Source of the DNA: an uncultured delta proteobacterium
Lineage (GTDB): Bacteria > Desulfobacterota > Binatia > UBA9968
Assembly: GCA_963760795.1 (NCBI GenBank)
Contig: CAVXEP010000031.1
Location: 1-64,000, forward strand
Reading direction: 5' to 3'
Length of the DNA stretch: 64,000 nt
The notes beneath the pieces are model-generated. The model made no database searches. It was given only the letters and a program-made list of their open reading frames with translations, and was not told the DNA's origin. This document shows, one piece after another, positions 19,299-29,960 of this stretch. Positions within the stretch are counted from its first letter, which is position 1. Each line of letters opens with the position of its first letter. The position numbers and the translations under genes are program-made.

Positions 19299-20765
19299 TC
19301 ACCCTGCTTCACTACCGCGACGAAACGAAATCGAGAAATCGCCTCTTTTGATGTAGACCTGCGTCAAATCCTTCTTGTTGCCCAGTTCCTCGACCAACTT
19401 TACCAGCGGTTTTCGCGCATCCAAGTATTCTTTCCTCGGCGGTGCGGTTTTTAGAGCGTCAACGAACTCGGGGCCGGCGTAATAGCGCATGATCAGTTCT
19501 TCGTCGGATATCTTCGCTCCGCCGTACTGGTTTCTGACTTCCTCCAACGGCGTGTTGGGAATTTGAAAACTTTCCATCTCTCTCGCGCGTTTTCGATCCA
19601 AGATCTTGGCTTTAACTTCCTTGTCCATGTACTCGGCGCCTTCCTTGCCCCATAGACCCAGTGCGAATTGAATCACCTGATCGGTAACTTCTTTGTAGCG
19701 CTCGCCGGTCATGATGTTGATCGCCGCTTGGCTGCCGACGAACTGGGCGAAGGGTGTGACCATGATCGGATAGCCGAGCTCGGCACGCACCTGGACGATC
19801 TCTTCGAGCACGTCTGTCATCTTGTCCTCTTTACCGAGCATCTTGAGTTGGTGGCGCAGGTTGGAGATCATGCCGCCGGGCACTTGGTGGCGGTACCAAC
19901 CCTCGTCGTATTCGCGCGGCGCACCGATGGGGAGGCCGGCGTCTCTAGCACAATGGCGCAGATGTGCCTCCACTGGCGCTAAGACCTTTTCATTGACCAA
20001 CGGCTTGTAACCTAGCGCGCGCAAATTATTGACGACATTGAATACTGACGGTTGCGCCGATCCGTTGGCCAGCGGCGGTATCGCCGTGTGGACGATGCGG
20101 ATGCCTGCCTTGACCACTTCTAGAACGTTGAACGGCGCTAACCCGTTGTTGCAGTGGCAGTGAAATTCTACCGGCACGTCGCCAACGTTTTCCAGAATTA
20201 GCTTTGCCAGCGTGTATGCGCGATCCGGTGTGAGCATGCCGGCGACATCTTTGAAGCACAGGCGATAGGGTTTCATCGCCGCTGCCTCGCGGGCTTTGCG
20301 CGCATAGTATTCGTCGGTGTGGCGCGGCGAGATCGAGTAGATCAAGTTGACCACCGAGGTCATACCCATGCCGCGCAGCTCTTCGACTTCGCCTTTGAGT
20401 TCGTCGTAATCGTTCCACGGGTCCGACAGGCGCGTCATGTTGATGCCGTAGCCGATGACCAGCTTCAGCAGCAGGCGCGGGATGCATAGAGGACTCAAAA
20501 TGAAGCCGCCGGTGAGACCGCCGTGATAACGCAGTTGAGTGTTTTTAATTTCTCGCTGGCCGTAGCGCACCCATTCCCAGGGGTTGTCGAGCTGTTCGCG
20601 GATGACTTTTTTGAATCTGCCGGAGACGAAAAACTCCATGGCGTCAAAGCCGGCTTGATCCATGTGGCGCAGCACCGGATGCATCATGCCGGTGGTCATG
20701 TTATGCGCCCACAGGCTGGTGTTGCCGTCGCGCAGTGTGGTGTCGACAATCTTAATCTCGTCCAT
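19299..20765 (-). CDS. Pyruvate carboxylase B/oxaloacetate decarboxylase alpha-like carboxyltransferase, no biotinyl domain
   Basis: DTTLRDG, KDVAG, HCH, HQVPGGMISNL, GYPIMVTPFAQFVG; no AMKM motif. Confidence 0.88.
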   Translation of the reverse strand: MDEIKIVDTTLRDGNTSLWAHNMTTGMMHPVLRHMDQAGFDAMEFFVSGRFKKVIREQLDNPWEWVRYGQREIKNTQLRYHGGLTGGFILSPLCIPRLLLKLVIGYGINMTRLSDPWNDYDELKGEVEELRGMGMTSVVNLIYSISPRHTDEYYARKAREAAAMKPYRLCFKDVAGMLTPDRAYTLAKLILENVGDVPVEFHCHCNNGLAPFNVLEVVKAGIRIVHTAIPPLANGSAQPSVFNVVNNLRALGYKPLVNEKVLAPVEAHLRHCARDAGLPIGAPREYDEGWYRHQVPGGMISNLRHQLKMLGKEDKMTDVLEEIVQVRAELGYPIMVTPFAQFVGSQAAINIMTGERYKEVTDQVIQFALGLWGKEGAEYMDKEVKAKILDRKRAREMESFQIPNTPLEEVRNQYGGAKISDEELIMRYYAGPEFVDALKTAPPRKEYLDARKPLVKLVEELGNKKDLTQVYIKRGDFSISFRRGSEAG

Positions 20766-21024
20766 GGAATCCTCCGACCAGGTAACCGTCAGTATGACTC
20801 TCTTAGCCCACGTCGACTCAAGAAGACAAGCGAGGGGCGCTCCGTGCAGTACTCGCAACGCTTCTGCAGCAGCAGACGATTATGGCAGTTGTGGCTGGCG
20901 TTGGGTTTGTTGAACTTGACGATTGGATATTAGCAACATGATTCCCGCACAACGATTAAGGCCTTCTCAAGTAATTGGAAAGCGAGACCTGACGAGGGGA
21001 TTGTTGATTCGCGATAGGCGTTCG

Positions 21025-22128
21025 CTACACGTTGAACTTGAACAGCATCACATCGCCGTCGGCGACAACGTATTCTTTGCCTTCCATGCGGTAGAGTCCC
21101 TTGGCGCGGGCGGCGGCGACGGAGCCGCATTGGACGAGATCGTCGTAGGCGACGGTTTCGGCTTTGATAAAACCGCGCTCGAAGTCGGAGTGAATGACGC
21201 CGGCTGCTTTGGGCGCGGTGTCGCCGCTATGGATGGTCCAGGCGCGTACTTCTTTTTCGCCGGCGGTTAGAAAGGTCCGCAAACCGAGCAGGTGATAAGT
21301 CGCGCGGATCAGCGCACCGATGCCGCTCTCTTGCACGCCCAGCTCCTTGAGAAAGGCTTCGGCTTCGGCCGGTTCGAGGTCGACGAGATCGCTTTCGATC
21401 TGGGCGCTGATGACGACGGCTTCGCAAGCAAGATGGTTTTTTACGAACTCCCGCACTTTCAGGACGTAGGGGTTTTGGTCGGCGGTGGCGAGGTCGGATT
21501 CTTTGACGTTGCAGGCGAAGATCGTTCGCTTGTCCGACAGCAGAAAAAATTGGCTCGACAATGCGTGTTCCTCCGGCGTGAGGTCGACGGTAAGCGCCGG
21601 TTTGCCGGCGTCGAGGGATGTTTCGATTTTCACCAAGACGGCGTCCTCGGCAGCGGCGCTCTTGTCGCCGCGCTTGATCTCTTTGGCGATGCGCTCGCGG
21701 CGCTTTTTCACCGTTTCGAGATCGGCGAGCATCAGCTCGGTGTTGATCACCTCGATGTCGCGCACCGGATCGATATCGCCGGAGACATGATGGACGTCGG
21801 CATCTTCGAAGCAGCGCACGACTTGAACGATGGCATCGACTTCACGGATGTGGGTGAGAAATTTATTACCCAGCCCTTCGCCCTGGCTCGCGCCCTTGAC
21901 CAAGCCGGCGATGTCGACGAATTCGATCACCGCGGGAATGACAACATTGGTTTTGACCATCTGCTGCAACACTTGGAGCCGGGCATCGGGCACGGTGACC
22001 ATGCCGATGTTGGGGTCGATGGTGCAAAAGGGATAATTCGCCGCCTCTGCTTTGCGGGTGCGCGTGATGGCATTAAACAGGGTCGATTTGCCGACATTGG
22101 GCAAACCGACGATTCCAGCTCTCAGCAT
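21025..22128 (-). CDS. ychF: Redox-regulated ribosome-binding ATPase YchF
   Basis: [52 protein letters not shown]. Confidence 0.98.
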   Translation of the reverse strand: MLRAGIVGLPNVGKSTLFNAITRTRKAEAANYPFCTIDPNIGMVTVPDARLQVLQQMVKTNVVIPAVIEFVDIAGLVKGASQGEGLGNKFLTHIREVDAIVQVVRCFEDADVHHVSGDIDPVRDIEVINTELMLADLETVKKRRERIAKEIKRGDKSAAAEDAVLVKIETSLDAGKPALTVDLTPEEHALSSQFFLLSDKRTIFACNVKESDLATADQNPYVLKVREFVKNHLACEAVVISAQIESDLVDLEPAEAEAFLKELGVQESGIGALIRATYHLLGLRTFLTAGEKEVRAWTIHSGDTAPKAAGVIHSDFERGFIKAETVAYDDLVQCGSVAAARAKGLYRMEGKEYVVADGDVMLFKFNV

Positions 22129-22287
22129 GATGATCCAATCCTTGTGGTAGTGTTAGCGAAGTCGAATGCCGCAGGCTTCGAGCACGCTGACTTTGGCTTG
22201 CTTCAGGTATTGCGTAGCTGCCCGAAGCTATACATTTAGCAAGTTATCGGCGCTTCTTAAAGCTTGGGCTCGATGAGCACGGGTGAG

Positions 22288-23076
22288 CTACTTGTTTTTG
22301 CGCTCGATCATCGTCCAGCCAATCTCTCCAGCTGGTTTGAAGTCATTCAGAACCGACTCGAAGATCTTGCGTAAGTTTTTCCACGGGTCGTCGTTGCAGT
22401 AGAAACGGTGCAGGAACAGCATGTCGGTGACCAAGCTGAGCATCCAGTTGACATCGGTGGTGTAACCGAGCACGGCGCGGCAGCCGGAGGCGTCGAGAAA
22501 CTTCTTCGCAAATTGTCGGCCTTTTTGATCGCGCAGAACACTGCACGCGGCGAAGTAGACAAGGTTCGGTTTCACCCCGAAACCTTTGAATGCGGCGCAC
22601 AACTCCTGTTCGCCGATGGAATCCAAGACTGACTTAACTTTGCTGGGCGCGCCATGAAACGCGAGATAAAAAATTGGCGCGTCGGCCGCGCCGGGATCAC
22701 GCCACAATAGACCGTCCGGTGCGGCCGTGTAATGTGCCAGTCCGCGCTGGGACTCGACAAAGCGGTGGGCGAGTTGGAGCGGCGGATCGTGCAGCGGTCC
22801 CATGGCCTCGAAGAAGCCCTTGACGGTCTTGGTTTGGAATAGTCGGCTGTCCCAATAGGACTCCAACACCACCAGCTTCGACGGCACCCGCCGGCCGCGG
22901 TCGACGCTCGGCCAAGTCGGATGGCCGGCCCGAGCACAGGCGGCGAACCATTGTGGCGTCTCCTTTGAGCACAGCTCGACGCAGCAACTGGAACACACCT
23001 TGCTCTTACCGTCGTAGCAAAGGAACGCTTCGCTTGGTTCGATGTCGTGTTTCCAGTAGCAGATGTCGGTAGGCAT
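22288..23076 (-). CDS. Cys-rich N-terminus fused to caspase/CHAT-like domain (DUF6642-like)
   Basis: YLAFHG and VYFAACS His/Cys dyad pattern, AVLGYTTDVNW; N-terminal C..H..C..CSSCC..C. Confidence 0.6.
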   Translation of the reverse strand: MPTDICYWKHDIEPSEAFLCYDGKSKVCSSCCVELCSKETPQWFAACARAGHPTWPSVDRGRRVPSKLVVLESYWDSRLFQTKTVKGFFEAMGPLHDPPLQLAHRFVESQRGLAHYTAAPDGLLWRDPGAADAPIFYLAFHGAPSKVKSVLDSIGEQELCAAFKGFGVKPNLVYFAACSVLRDQKGRQFAKKFLDASGCRAVLGYTTDVNWMLSLVTDMLFLHRFYCNDDPWKNLRKIFESVLNDFKPAGEIGWTMIERKNK

Positions 23077-23101
23077 TGGGATAGAGTGCTTGCGTTGCAA
23101 T

Positions 23102-23992
23102 TTATTCCCACAATAGCGGTTTTAGTAGTTCAGGGATGATGATTTTGATTTGCTTATCGACCGATTTGATCAGCCGCTCAAAGCGTTGGGCTCTGCGCCT
23201 ATTCGACTCGGGAATACCATCTGCGAAGGACGTGCGCCATTCATCATAGTGGTGGATGATTACGGTTTTTGGACGCAGGATTTTAAGTGCATTCGTCCAG
23301 TCGTAATTGCTGTTGTCGGCGAGGATTGCCACATCAGGTTGCAGTCCCTTCAAGTTGTCTTCGATGAAATTGCCGGTGCTTTGATGCAGTACGCGCAAGT
23401 GGCCGAAGGTGAAATAATATACGTAACAACCACCCTCAACGAAAGCATCGCCCATGATCGGGCCGGTCCACGGCCGCAAGACTTCTGCGAATTTGCCTTG
23501 GCGGCGGCGCCCGCCGCGGTTGAGCACGCCATGCTGACTTTCAATCACCTGGACGGAGAAATCTTTGAAGTCGAGCTTCTCACCGCCACTGATCGTAGTC
23601 AGTTGGCTCTTATCGACTCCCGCGCTCAAGGCGATATTGGTCGTGGTTCTGGAGCCGATTACCTTGGCGCCGAAGCGTTTGGCAATTACCGGGATATCGG
23701 CGATGTGGTCGGCGTGGCTGTGACCGGCGAAGATGAAGTCGGCCTTGGTAATGATTCTGGAAACTTCATCGTCATTAGTTTTCCACTCGACGCCGGCGGC
23801 GGCCTCGCGCCTGGTGAGAAATGGGTCGATAAGAATCGTCGAGTCGCTGATCCGCATTTCCCAGCCGGCCGTGCCCAGCCATTTCATCGCGACGGAATCT
23901 GCAGCTTGAGTTTCGTCTAAATCCCAAGCTATTTGGCTGAGCAGAGAGCATACGACCAGGAAAAGCAATGAACGACAACCCCTCATAGTCAT
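23102..23992 (-). CDS. Exported MBL-fold metallo-hydrolase
   Basis: WLGTAG, IDPF, GHSHADH, HHYD; signal peptide. Confidence 0.88.
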   Translation of the reverse strand: MTMRGCRSLLFLVVCSLLSQIAWDLDETQAADSVAMKWLGTAGWEMRISDSTILIDPFLTRREAAAGVEWKTNDDEVSRIITKADFIFAGHSHADHIADIPVIAKRFGAKVIGSRTTTNIALSAGVDKSQLTTISGGEKLDFKDFSVQVIESQHGVLNRGGRRRQGKFAEVLRPWTGPIMGDAFVEGGCYVYYFTFGHLRVLHQSTGNFIEDNLKGLQPDVAILADNSNYDWTNALKILRPKTVIIHHYDEWRTSFADGIPESNRRRAQRFERLIKSVDKQIKIIIPELLKPLLWE

Positions 23993-24014
23993 CTTCTCAC
24001 CGGTCGAAAGTAGA

Positions 24015-24485
24015 CTACTTTGCTCTACCTGCGGTCAGTTCTTGCACCGCCGCCAGGACTTCTTTGTAGGTACCGCAGCGGCACAGATTACCCGACAGAT
24101 AGTCGCGCGCCTGTTCTTCGCTCGGGTGCGGATAGGCGTTAAACAATCCCTTCACCGCCATGATCATACCGGTGGTGCAGAAGCCGCATTGGAAGGCCTG
24201 GTTCTTCAAGAAGGCCTGTTGCACCGGGTCGAGCTCGCCGTTTTGCGAAAGTCCTTCGATGGTGCTGACTGTTTTGCCTTCGATGTTGCTGGCGAGGGTA
24301 AGACAGGAACTCACCGGTTTGCCGTCGATCAATACCGTGCACGAACCGCAGACGCCCACGCTGCAGCCTTCGACGGCGCCTTTGAGTTTCAGCTCGTCGC
24401 GCAGGAATTCCAGAAGAGTCTGATGCGGGTTCACCATGATTTCTTCGCGCTGGCCGTTGATGGTGGCGGCGATGGTCAACTTCAT
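24015..24485 (-). CDS. Mo-hydroxylase (xanthine dehydrogenase family) 2Fe-2S subunit
   Basis: GCSVGVCGSCTV, QCGFC, GNLCRC. Confidence 0.95.
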   Translation of the reverse strand: MKLTIAATINGQREEIMVNPHQTLLEFLRDELKLKGAVEGCSVGVCGSCTVLIDGKPVSSCLTLASNIEGKTVSTIEGLSQNGELDPVQQAFLKNQAFQCGFCTTGMIMAVKGLFNAYPHPSEEQARDYLSGNLCRCGTYKEVLAAVQELTAGRAK

Positions 24486-24486
24486 C

Positions 24487-26803
24487 TTAACGATTCTCCA
24501 TCTTGAGGTTTAACGCGGCGAGGATCTTGTCGGGCCGCACCGGCAAGTCGCGCACACGCACGCCGTTCAGCGCATTGGCGATGGCATTGCCGATCGCCGG
24601 TGCCATCGGCGGCAATGCGGCTTCGCCCATGCCTTTGGCGCCGCACGGGCCTTCGGGATGGGGCGTTTCCACTAGCAACGATTTGAATTCGCCGGGATGG
24701 TCGAGCATGGACGGCAGGAGATAGTCCAGGAAAGTGCCATTGATCGGCTGGCCGTTGTCGTAGCGTAATTCTTCGAACAGCGCCGAGCCCAAGCCGGCGA
24801 GCGCGGAGCCTTCATTTTGCAGACTGCACTGGAGCGGATGGACCGCCTTGCCGACATCGACGGCGCTGGCGACTTGCAAGACGCGCACTTTGCCGGTCTC
24901 GGTGTCGACTTCGACCTCGGCGCCGGCGGCGGAATAGAACCAAAACGACGATCCTTTCCCTTGGCCGGTCACGGCATCGACACCGCCTTCTGTGCGCAGT
25001 GTGTGGCTGCCGAACAAGTTGCCGCTGGCCTCACCGTAGATCGCCTTGAAGAGCTGCGGATAGGTCAGGCTTCGTTCCGGTACGCCCTTCACTTGCATAC
25101 GGCTATCGCGCAGCTCTAAATCCTCGACGCGCGCTTCGAGCGACTTCGCAGCCGCGTGAAATAATTGCTCGCGAATCTGCCCCACGGCGAGCTGTGCCGC
25201 TTTGCCCATGTGAAACGTCGCGCGGCTCGAGCTTGTCGATTTATCGTAGGGAGTAATATCGCTGTCGGGGAATGTCACGGTCACGCGGTCGAAAGGCAGA
25301 GCCAACTCGTCGGCGACGATCTGCGCCAACGCGGTCTGGGCGCCCTGGCCCATGTCGGCGGTGCTGGTCAGCAAGATCGCCGAGCCATCGGCATTCAACC
25401 GCACGCTGGCGGCCGAGGTGCTCGGCGTCGACGTGCTCTTGATCGCCACCGCGAGTCCCTTGCCGCGGACCGTTGCATCGCTGCGCAAGGATTGCTCCGG
25501 AGCTTGCCATTGCATCGCTTCGCAAGGATTGCTCCGCTCCAATTTGCCAATCGATGGATTGAGCCACTTGTTTGAGGCATTCGGAGACACCGACGGAAAT
25601 CATCGGTTCGCCGGTGATGAAATGGTCGTTTTCTTGAAGCAAATTTTTCAGCCGGACTTCGAGCGGGTCGAGATTACAGCGCCGAGCGATGTCGTCGAGG
25701 TCCGATTCGTAGGCCCAGCAGACATGGGAGGCGCCGACGCCACGATAAGGTCCGGCGGGCGGCAGGTTGGTGTAAACCGCGTATGTCGTGAAATCACGAT
25801 GAGGAATGTTGTAGGGACCGCCGGCGATGATGGCGGCGTTCTTGGTGTTCGCCGGACCCGAGAGTGCGTAGGCGCCCATGTCGTACCAGGCGTCGACCTT
25901 GCGCGCCCACAAGCGGCCGTCGCGTTTGAAGCCGGTTTTGATTTTCACTACGGCGCCGAAGCGACGTCCGGTGAAAAAGACTTCGTCGCGGGTGAGAATC
26001 CACTGCACCGGGCGGCGCGCCTTGCGCGCCAGCAGCGCGACCACCGGTTCGATGCGCGCGTGGTTTTTGCCGCCGTAACCGCCGCCGATGAACGGCACGA
26101 CGACGCGCACGCGGTTGAGCGGCATTTTGAATACCTTGGCAATCTGCTCCTGCAGCGGCGACGGCGTCTGGCTCGGCGTATGGACCACCAGCTTACCGCT
26201 CGGCTCCCACAATGCGGTGACCACATGGGGCTCGATGTGGCCATGCTGGACTGGCGGAATTTTATATATATTTTCTATGACTTCGTCTGATTCCTTAAAG
26301 CCTTGCTCGATATTACCGCTGGAGGCCCGATAGACGCCGTGGATGTTGCCGCCGGCGCGTTTGTCGACATGCAGTTCTTGGATGATCGGTGCGCCGGCCT
26401 TGGCCGCTTCGAGGATATCGGTGACTGCCGGCAGTTCTTGGTAATCCGCCTCGATCAGCGCCACCGCCTCCTCGGCGATCTCCCGGCTGTCGGCGGCCAC
26501 CGCGGCAACGATGTCGCCGACGCAGCGCACTTTGTCGATGGTGACCACAGGCTGATCTTCGACACCGGTGCCGAAGTATGGATTCAATCCGGCCAAGTCG
26601 TCCCGTGTCACCACGGCGCGCACGCCGCGCAGCGCGGCGGCTTTGCTGGCATCGATACGAAGCAATTTTGCATGGGGATAGGGGCTGCGCAGCGCCTTGG
26701 CGTAGAGCTGGCCAGTGAACTCCATATCGGCGACGTAGCTCACCGCGCCGCTGACCTTGGCGCGGCCGCCGACCATTTCAACGTTGGTGCCGACCAGGGT
26801 CAT
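24487..26803 (-). CDS. Mo-hydroxylase molybdopterin-binding large subunit, frameshifted near 25470-25540
   Basis: LRSPYPHA, GGGYGGK, PYRGVG in one frame; MGQG, EVEVDTETG, GAKGMGE in another; split at a 37-bp-period duplication. Confidence 0.88.
25473..25536. repeat. Tandem duplication (27-nt core, period 37) inside the large-subunit gene
   Basis: ttgcatcgct(g/t)cgcaaggattgctccg at 25473-25499 and 25510-25536. Confidence 0.9.
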
Positions 26804-27671
26804 GATTTTGTCTCCGTCTTGCCGTTGGCGAGATGTTGCAAAGCGCGGCGGGTTAGCACGCCGACCAGATGGCGCTTGTAGTCCGCCGGCCCCCGCACGT
26901 CGTCGATGGGATCGATAGATCCGAGCGGCCTCGGCGGCGATGGTCACGATTAAGCTCGGCGGAGAGCAGCTTGCCGGTGGCGAGGTTTTCCGCGGCGATG
27001 CGTACTGGCTTCGCCGATACCGCACCCACCGCCACGCGCAGTTCATGGCAAATCCCTTTTTCAATTCTTGCCAACGCGGCAACGCCGGCGCATGGGCGCT
27101 CCTCAGAGGAACCGGTGGTGAATTTAACGTAATGACCGGTCATTCCCACTGGCAGCGGCGGAATCAACACGGCGGCAAGCAATTCGCCCGGCTGAAGCGC
27201 GGTTTCATAACTGCCGAGTTGAAAATCCGTCAGCGCAAGCTGGCGAACCTTGCCAGCATTAATGAGTTCGACTCGGGCATTCAAGGCGGCCAATACGGTC
27301 GGCGGATCGGACTGATAGTCGCCATGGGCGAGATTGCCGCCGATGGTGGCCATGTTGCGGATGCGGATGTTCGCCACCACATGGCAGGCTTCGGCGAGGG
27401 CGGGATAGTGCAGTTGAACGACAGCCGATGATTCGATCTCGTTGATCGTCGCCAGCGCGCCAATGCGCAGGCCCTGGACTGGATCGAACGTGATCGCGGA
27501 AGCGTCGCTGATTTTTTTTAGGTTGACTAGTATCTTCGGCAGCAACAGACCTTGCTTGATGATCGTCAGCAGCGCCGTGCCGCCGGCAACAGCTTTGGCA
27601 TCGGCGCCGTTGGCGAGAATTGAGCAAGCTTCGGACAGCGATCTCGGTTCAACCAAGTCAAAACTACGCAT
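26800..27671 (-). CDS. Mo-hydroxylase FAD-binding subunit, two +1 frameshifts near the 3' end
   Basis: AGGTAL, IRNMATIGGN; removing two bases restores ...DPIDDVRGPADYKRHL..., with the stop overlapping the next ATG. Confidence 0.9.
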
Positions 27672-27677
27672 CCAACG

Positions 27678-27708
27678 CCATCCTCAATCCTCGATTCTCC
27701 ATCGTCGA
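27678..27708. repeat. Solo heptamer array (ATCCTCN-type)
   Basis: ccatcctcaatcctcgattctccatcgtcga; same class as the arms around 40487..40876. Confidence 0.6.
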
Positions 27709-27710
27709 AC

Positions 27711-28419
27711 TCAATTCGCCGCTGGCCGCGGATAAGTTCTGACACTATGCGTCAAGCCCATGCGCACCATCATCTCGGCGGTCTGGATGCTGGTCTTGAG
27801 CGCGTCCATCACCGGCACGCCGAGTTCTTTTTCCATTTCCTGGGGCGAGTATTGCACCGGCACCATGGTCACGCCCATGGGGACGATCACTTCGGCGTCG
27901 CACTGGTCAATTAAATAGCGGGCGACTTCGATGAAGCGGCCGCGCATGGCGTCGCGGTTCTTGGTGCTCTCGGGCAGCGGAATGCCGATGCCGCGGATGC
28001 CGACGACGAAGTCGGCGACGCGCCAGACGTGCATCTGCTTGCGCATGAACGGCACGCTCTTGTCTTCGTAGGCGATCACACCGAGCCGGTTACTCAGCTG
28101 CGCGCCCAGATGCAGCACCGATTGGCCGGCGCCGACTATCGGGTATCTTGACCAGATTGCGCGACAGCTCGACGCCGGCGTCCAAGGTGCCGAAGGGCAC
28201 CACGGCGTCGTAGCCGTTGGCTTCGGCGCGGATGGCGATCTCGGCGACTAGCGGACCGGCCGACAGCGAATTGACCTGCGAGTTGGAGTGGCGAAAGAAA
28301 GTCGCTTTGATCACGTCGAAGCCGATCTCGGTGCCCGGCGAGGCGCATTTGAGCACCGCTTGGCGGCGCCGTTCGCCTTCTTCGGCAGGATATTCGCCCA
28401 TGACGACCATGATTTTCAT
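27711..28419 (-). CDS. Asp/Glu/hydantoin racemase family protein, +1 frameshift near 28141
   Basis: ASPGTEI, AEANGYDAV, ELGVPVMD, LTHS..YP; removing one base joins ORFs 28090..28419 and 27711..28118 (KIPIVGAGQS). Confidence 0.8.
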
Positions 28420-28553
28420 TGTGTTCTCCTCATTGCCGAAATGACTGCGGCGAATATCCCGTATTCGTCAAAGACTTGTCAAACCGCGTCGGACAATTTA
28501 TCGCTTCAGTGATCTTGACAGCTTCGCCAGGGCAAGATTAATTGAGACTTCCT

Positions 28554-29013
28554 ATGAGAATCTCCAACGGCGCTCTCGGTCACATCGTCCTCAATGTCGC
28601 CGACTTGAAGAAGTCCGAGCGATTCTACCAGACGGTTCTCGGCCTCAAGGTCTCGGCGCGCAACTTACAAACCAAGATGACGTTTATGAGCTACGGCCGC
28701 GAGCACCATGACATCGCGCTGCAAGCTCTGCCCAAGGGCGCCAAGCATGTGCGCGGCAAAGGCGTGGCCAAGCTGCACCATTTCTGCTTCTACGTCGATT
28801 CCGAACGAAATCATCGACCAGCTCTATCCGATCTTGAAGCGGCGCAAGATTCCGGTGGTCAGCGGTCCGGAGACTCTGGTGGTGGCGGGCAACCGCTCGG
28901 TGAGCTTTCTCGATCCGGACGGCAACCGCGTCGAAATCGCCTGCAACGCCAACAAATTCAGATTCGACAATCGCATGAAGCCGGCGCCGCCGCGCCGTGA
29001 CCGAAGAAGATGA
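28554..29013 (+). CDS. VOC/glyoxalase family protein, +1 frameshift near 28802
   Basis: LGHIVLNV..SERFY, HHDIAL, LHHF in frame 1; FLDPDGNRVEI in the next frame. Confidence 0.85.
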
Positions 29014-29018
29014 CAGAA

Positions 29019-29088
29019 TTAGCCGCAAGGAACGCAAAGTTCACAAAAAGGAATCGCAACCGATAGGGTCGGGGTTGAAACTCGCTAC
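29019..29088. repeat. CGCAAAG-type repeat plus degenerate REP-like palindrome
   Basis: ttagccgcaaggaacgcaaagttcacaaaaag nearly matches 58804..58835; followed by tagggtcggggttgaaactcgctac. Confidence 0.7.
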
Positions 29089-29110
29089 AAGATTTGTCTT
29101 GAGGTGAATC

Positions 29111-29893
29111 ATGTCGATTGAAGCAGTCCTGAACGGCAAAACCCTGCCGACCAAAGAACTCTGCCAGGTGCTGATGGACGAAGTGAAGAACCGCCACGCC
29201 CGGCTCCATCATCCGTTCTATCGCGATCTGTTCGAGGGCAAGCTGCCCATCGAAGCCGTGCGCATCTGGGCCACGGAAGCCTGGGGCATCTTCGCCTGTA
29301 ATGTCGCGATCAATACCGCCAAGCTGGTGCGCTGCCAGATGTCCGGCATTCACGATCCGGAGATTCACAAGAAGTTTGTCGATGTCATTCATTCCGAGGT
29401 CGGTTACAGCTACTTCGAGGGATCGCCGCGCGCAGTGCTGGGCCACCGGGCGTTGTTTCTGCGCTTCGGCGACGCCATCGGCGTGCCCGCCAAAGAGTTG
29501 GAGCGCTGCGAAATCGAGGAAGACTTTCTGCCCACCACGGTGTTGGCGCGGGTCGGCTGGATGGATATCGCTCTGCGCAGCAACCACATTCTTGAACAAG
29601 TGGCTGCGACCAATTGCTGCAACGAATACTCGAACCATCTCACCGGAGGAAAGTTTTTTCGCGCCTTCAAAGAGCACTATGGTCTGAAGCCCAATGACAT
29701 TGAATTTTTCGCCGAACATGGCGAAGCCGACACCGAACACAGCAACATCGGCTACGAACTGGTCGAACAGTTCGCCACCACCAACGAGATGCAGGTGCGG
29801 GTGGTGAAAGCGTTACGCAAAGGATTGGGTATCTGGTGGGCGATCACCGACGGCGTCGCGCGGGAATGTCAGAAGATTGGAGTGATGGAGTAA
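29111..29893 (+). CDS. Heme-oxygenase-like diiron (PqqC/CADD-like) redox enzyme
   Basis: HPFYRDLFEGKL, SE...GH, NE, FFAEHGEADTEH ligand pattern; GAGGTG RBS. Confidence 0.82.
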   Translation: MSIEAVLNGKTLPTKELCQVLMDEVKNRHARLHHPFYRDLFEGKLPIEAVRIWATEAWGIFACNVAINTAKLVRCQMSGIHDPEIHKKFVDVIHSEVGYSYFEGSPRAVLGHRALFLRFGDAIGVPAKELERCEIEEDFLPTTVLARVGWMDIALRSNHILEQVAATNCCNEYSNHLTGGKFFRAFKEHYGLKPNDIEFFAEHGEADTEHSNIGYELVEQFATTNEMQVRVVKALRKGLGIWWAITDGVARECQKIGVME

Positions 29894-29960
29894 TGGAGTG
29901 TTGGAGTGATGGGCAAACCAGGACTGGAGTGGTGGAGTATTGGAGTAATGGAGTGATGGG
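29878..29960. repeat. Left arm: octamer TGGAGT(A/G)N tandem array in two blocks
   Basis: tggagtgatggagtaatggagtgttggagtgatggg and tggagtggtggagtattggagtaatggagtgatggg. Confidence 0.92.

Noticed and set aside
24015-27671. Aerobic CO dehydrogenase (coxMSL)
   Set aside because: The active-site loop reads PYRGVG, not the form I AYxCSFR motif; called a generic Mo-hydroxylase.
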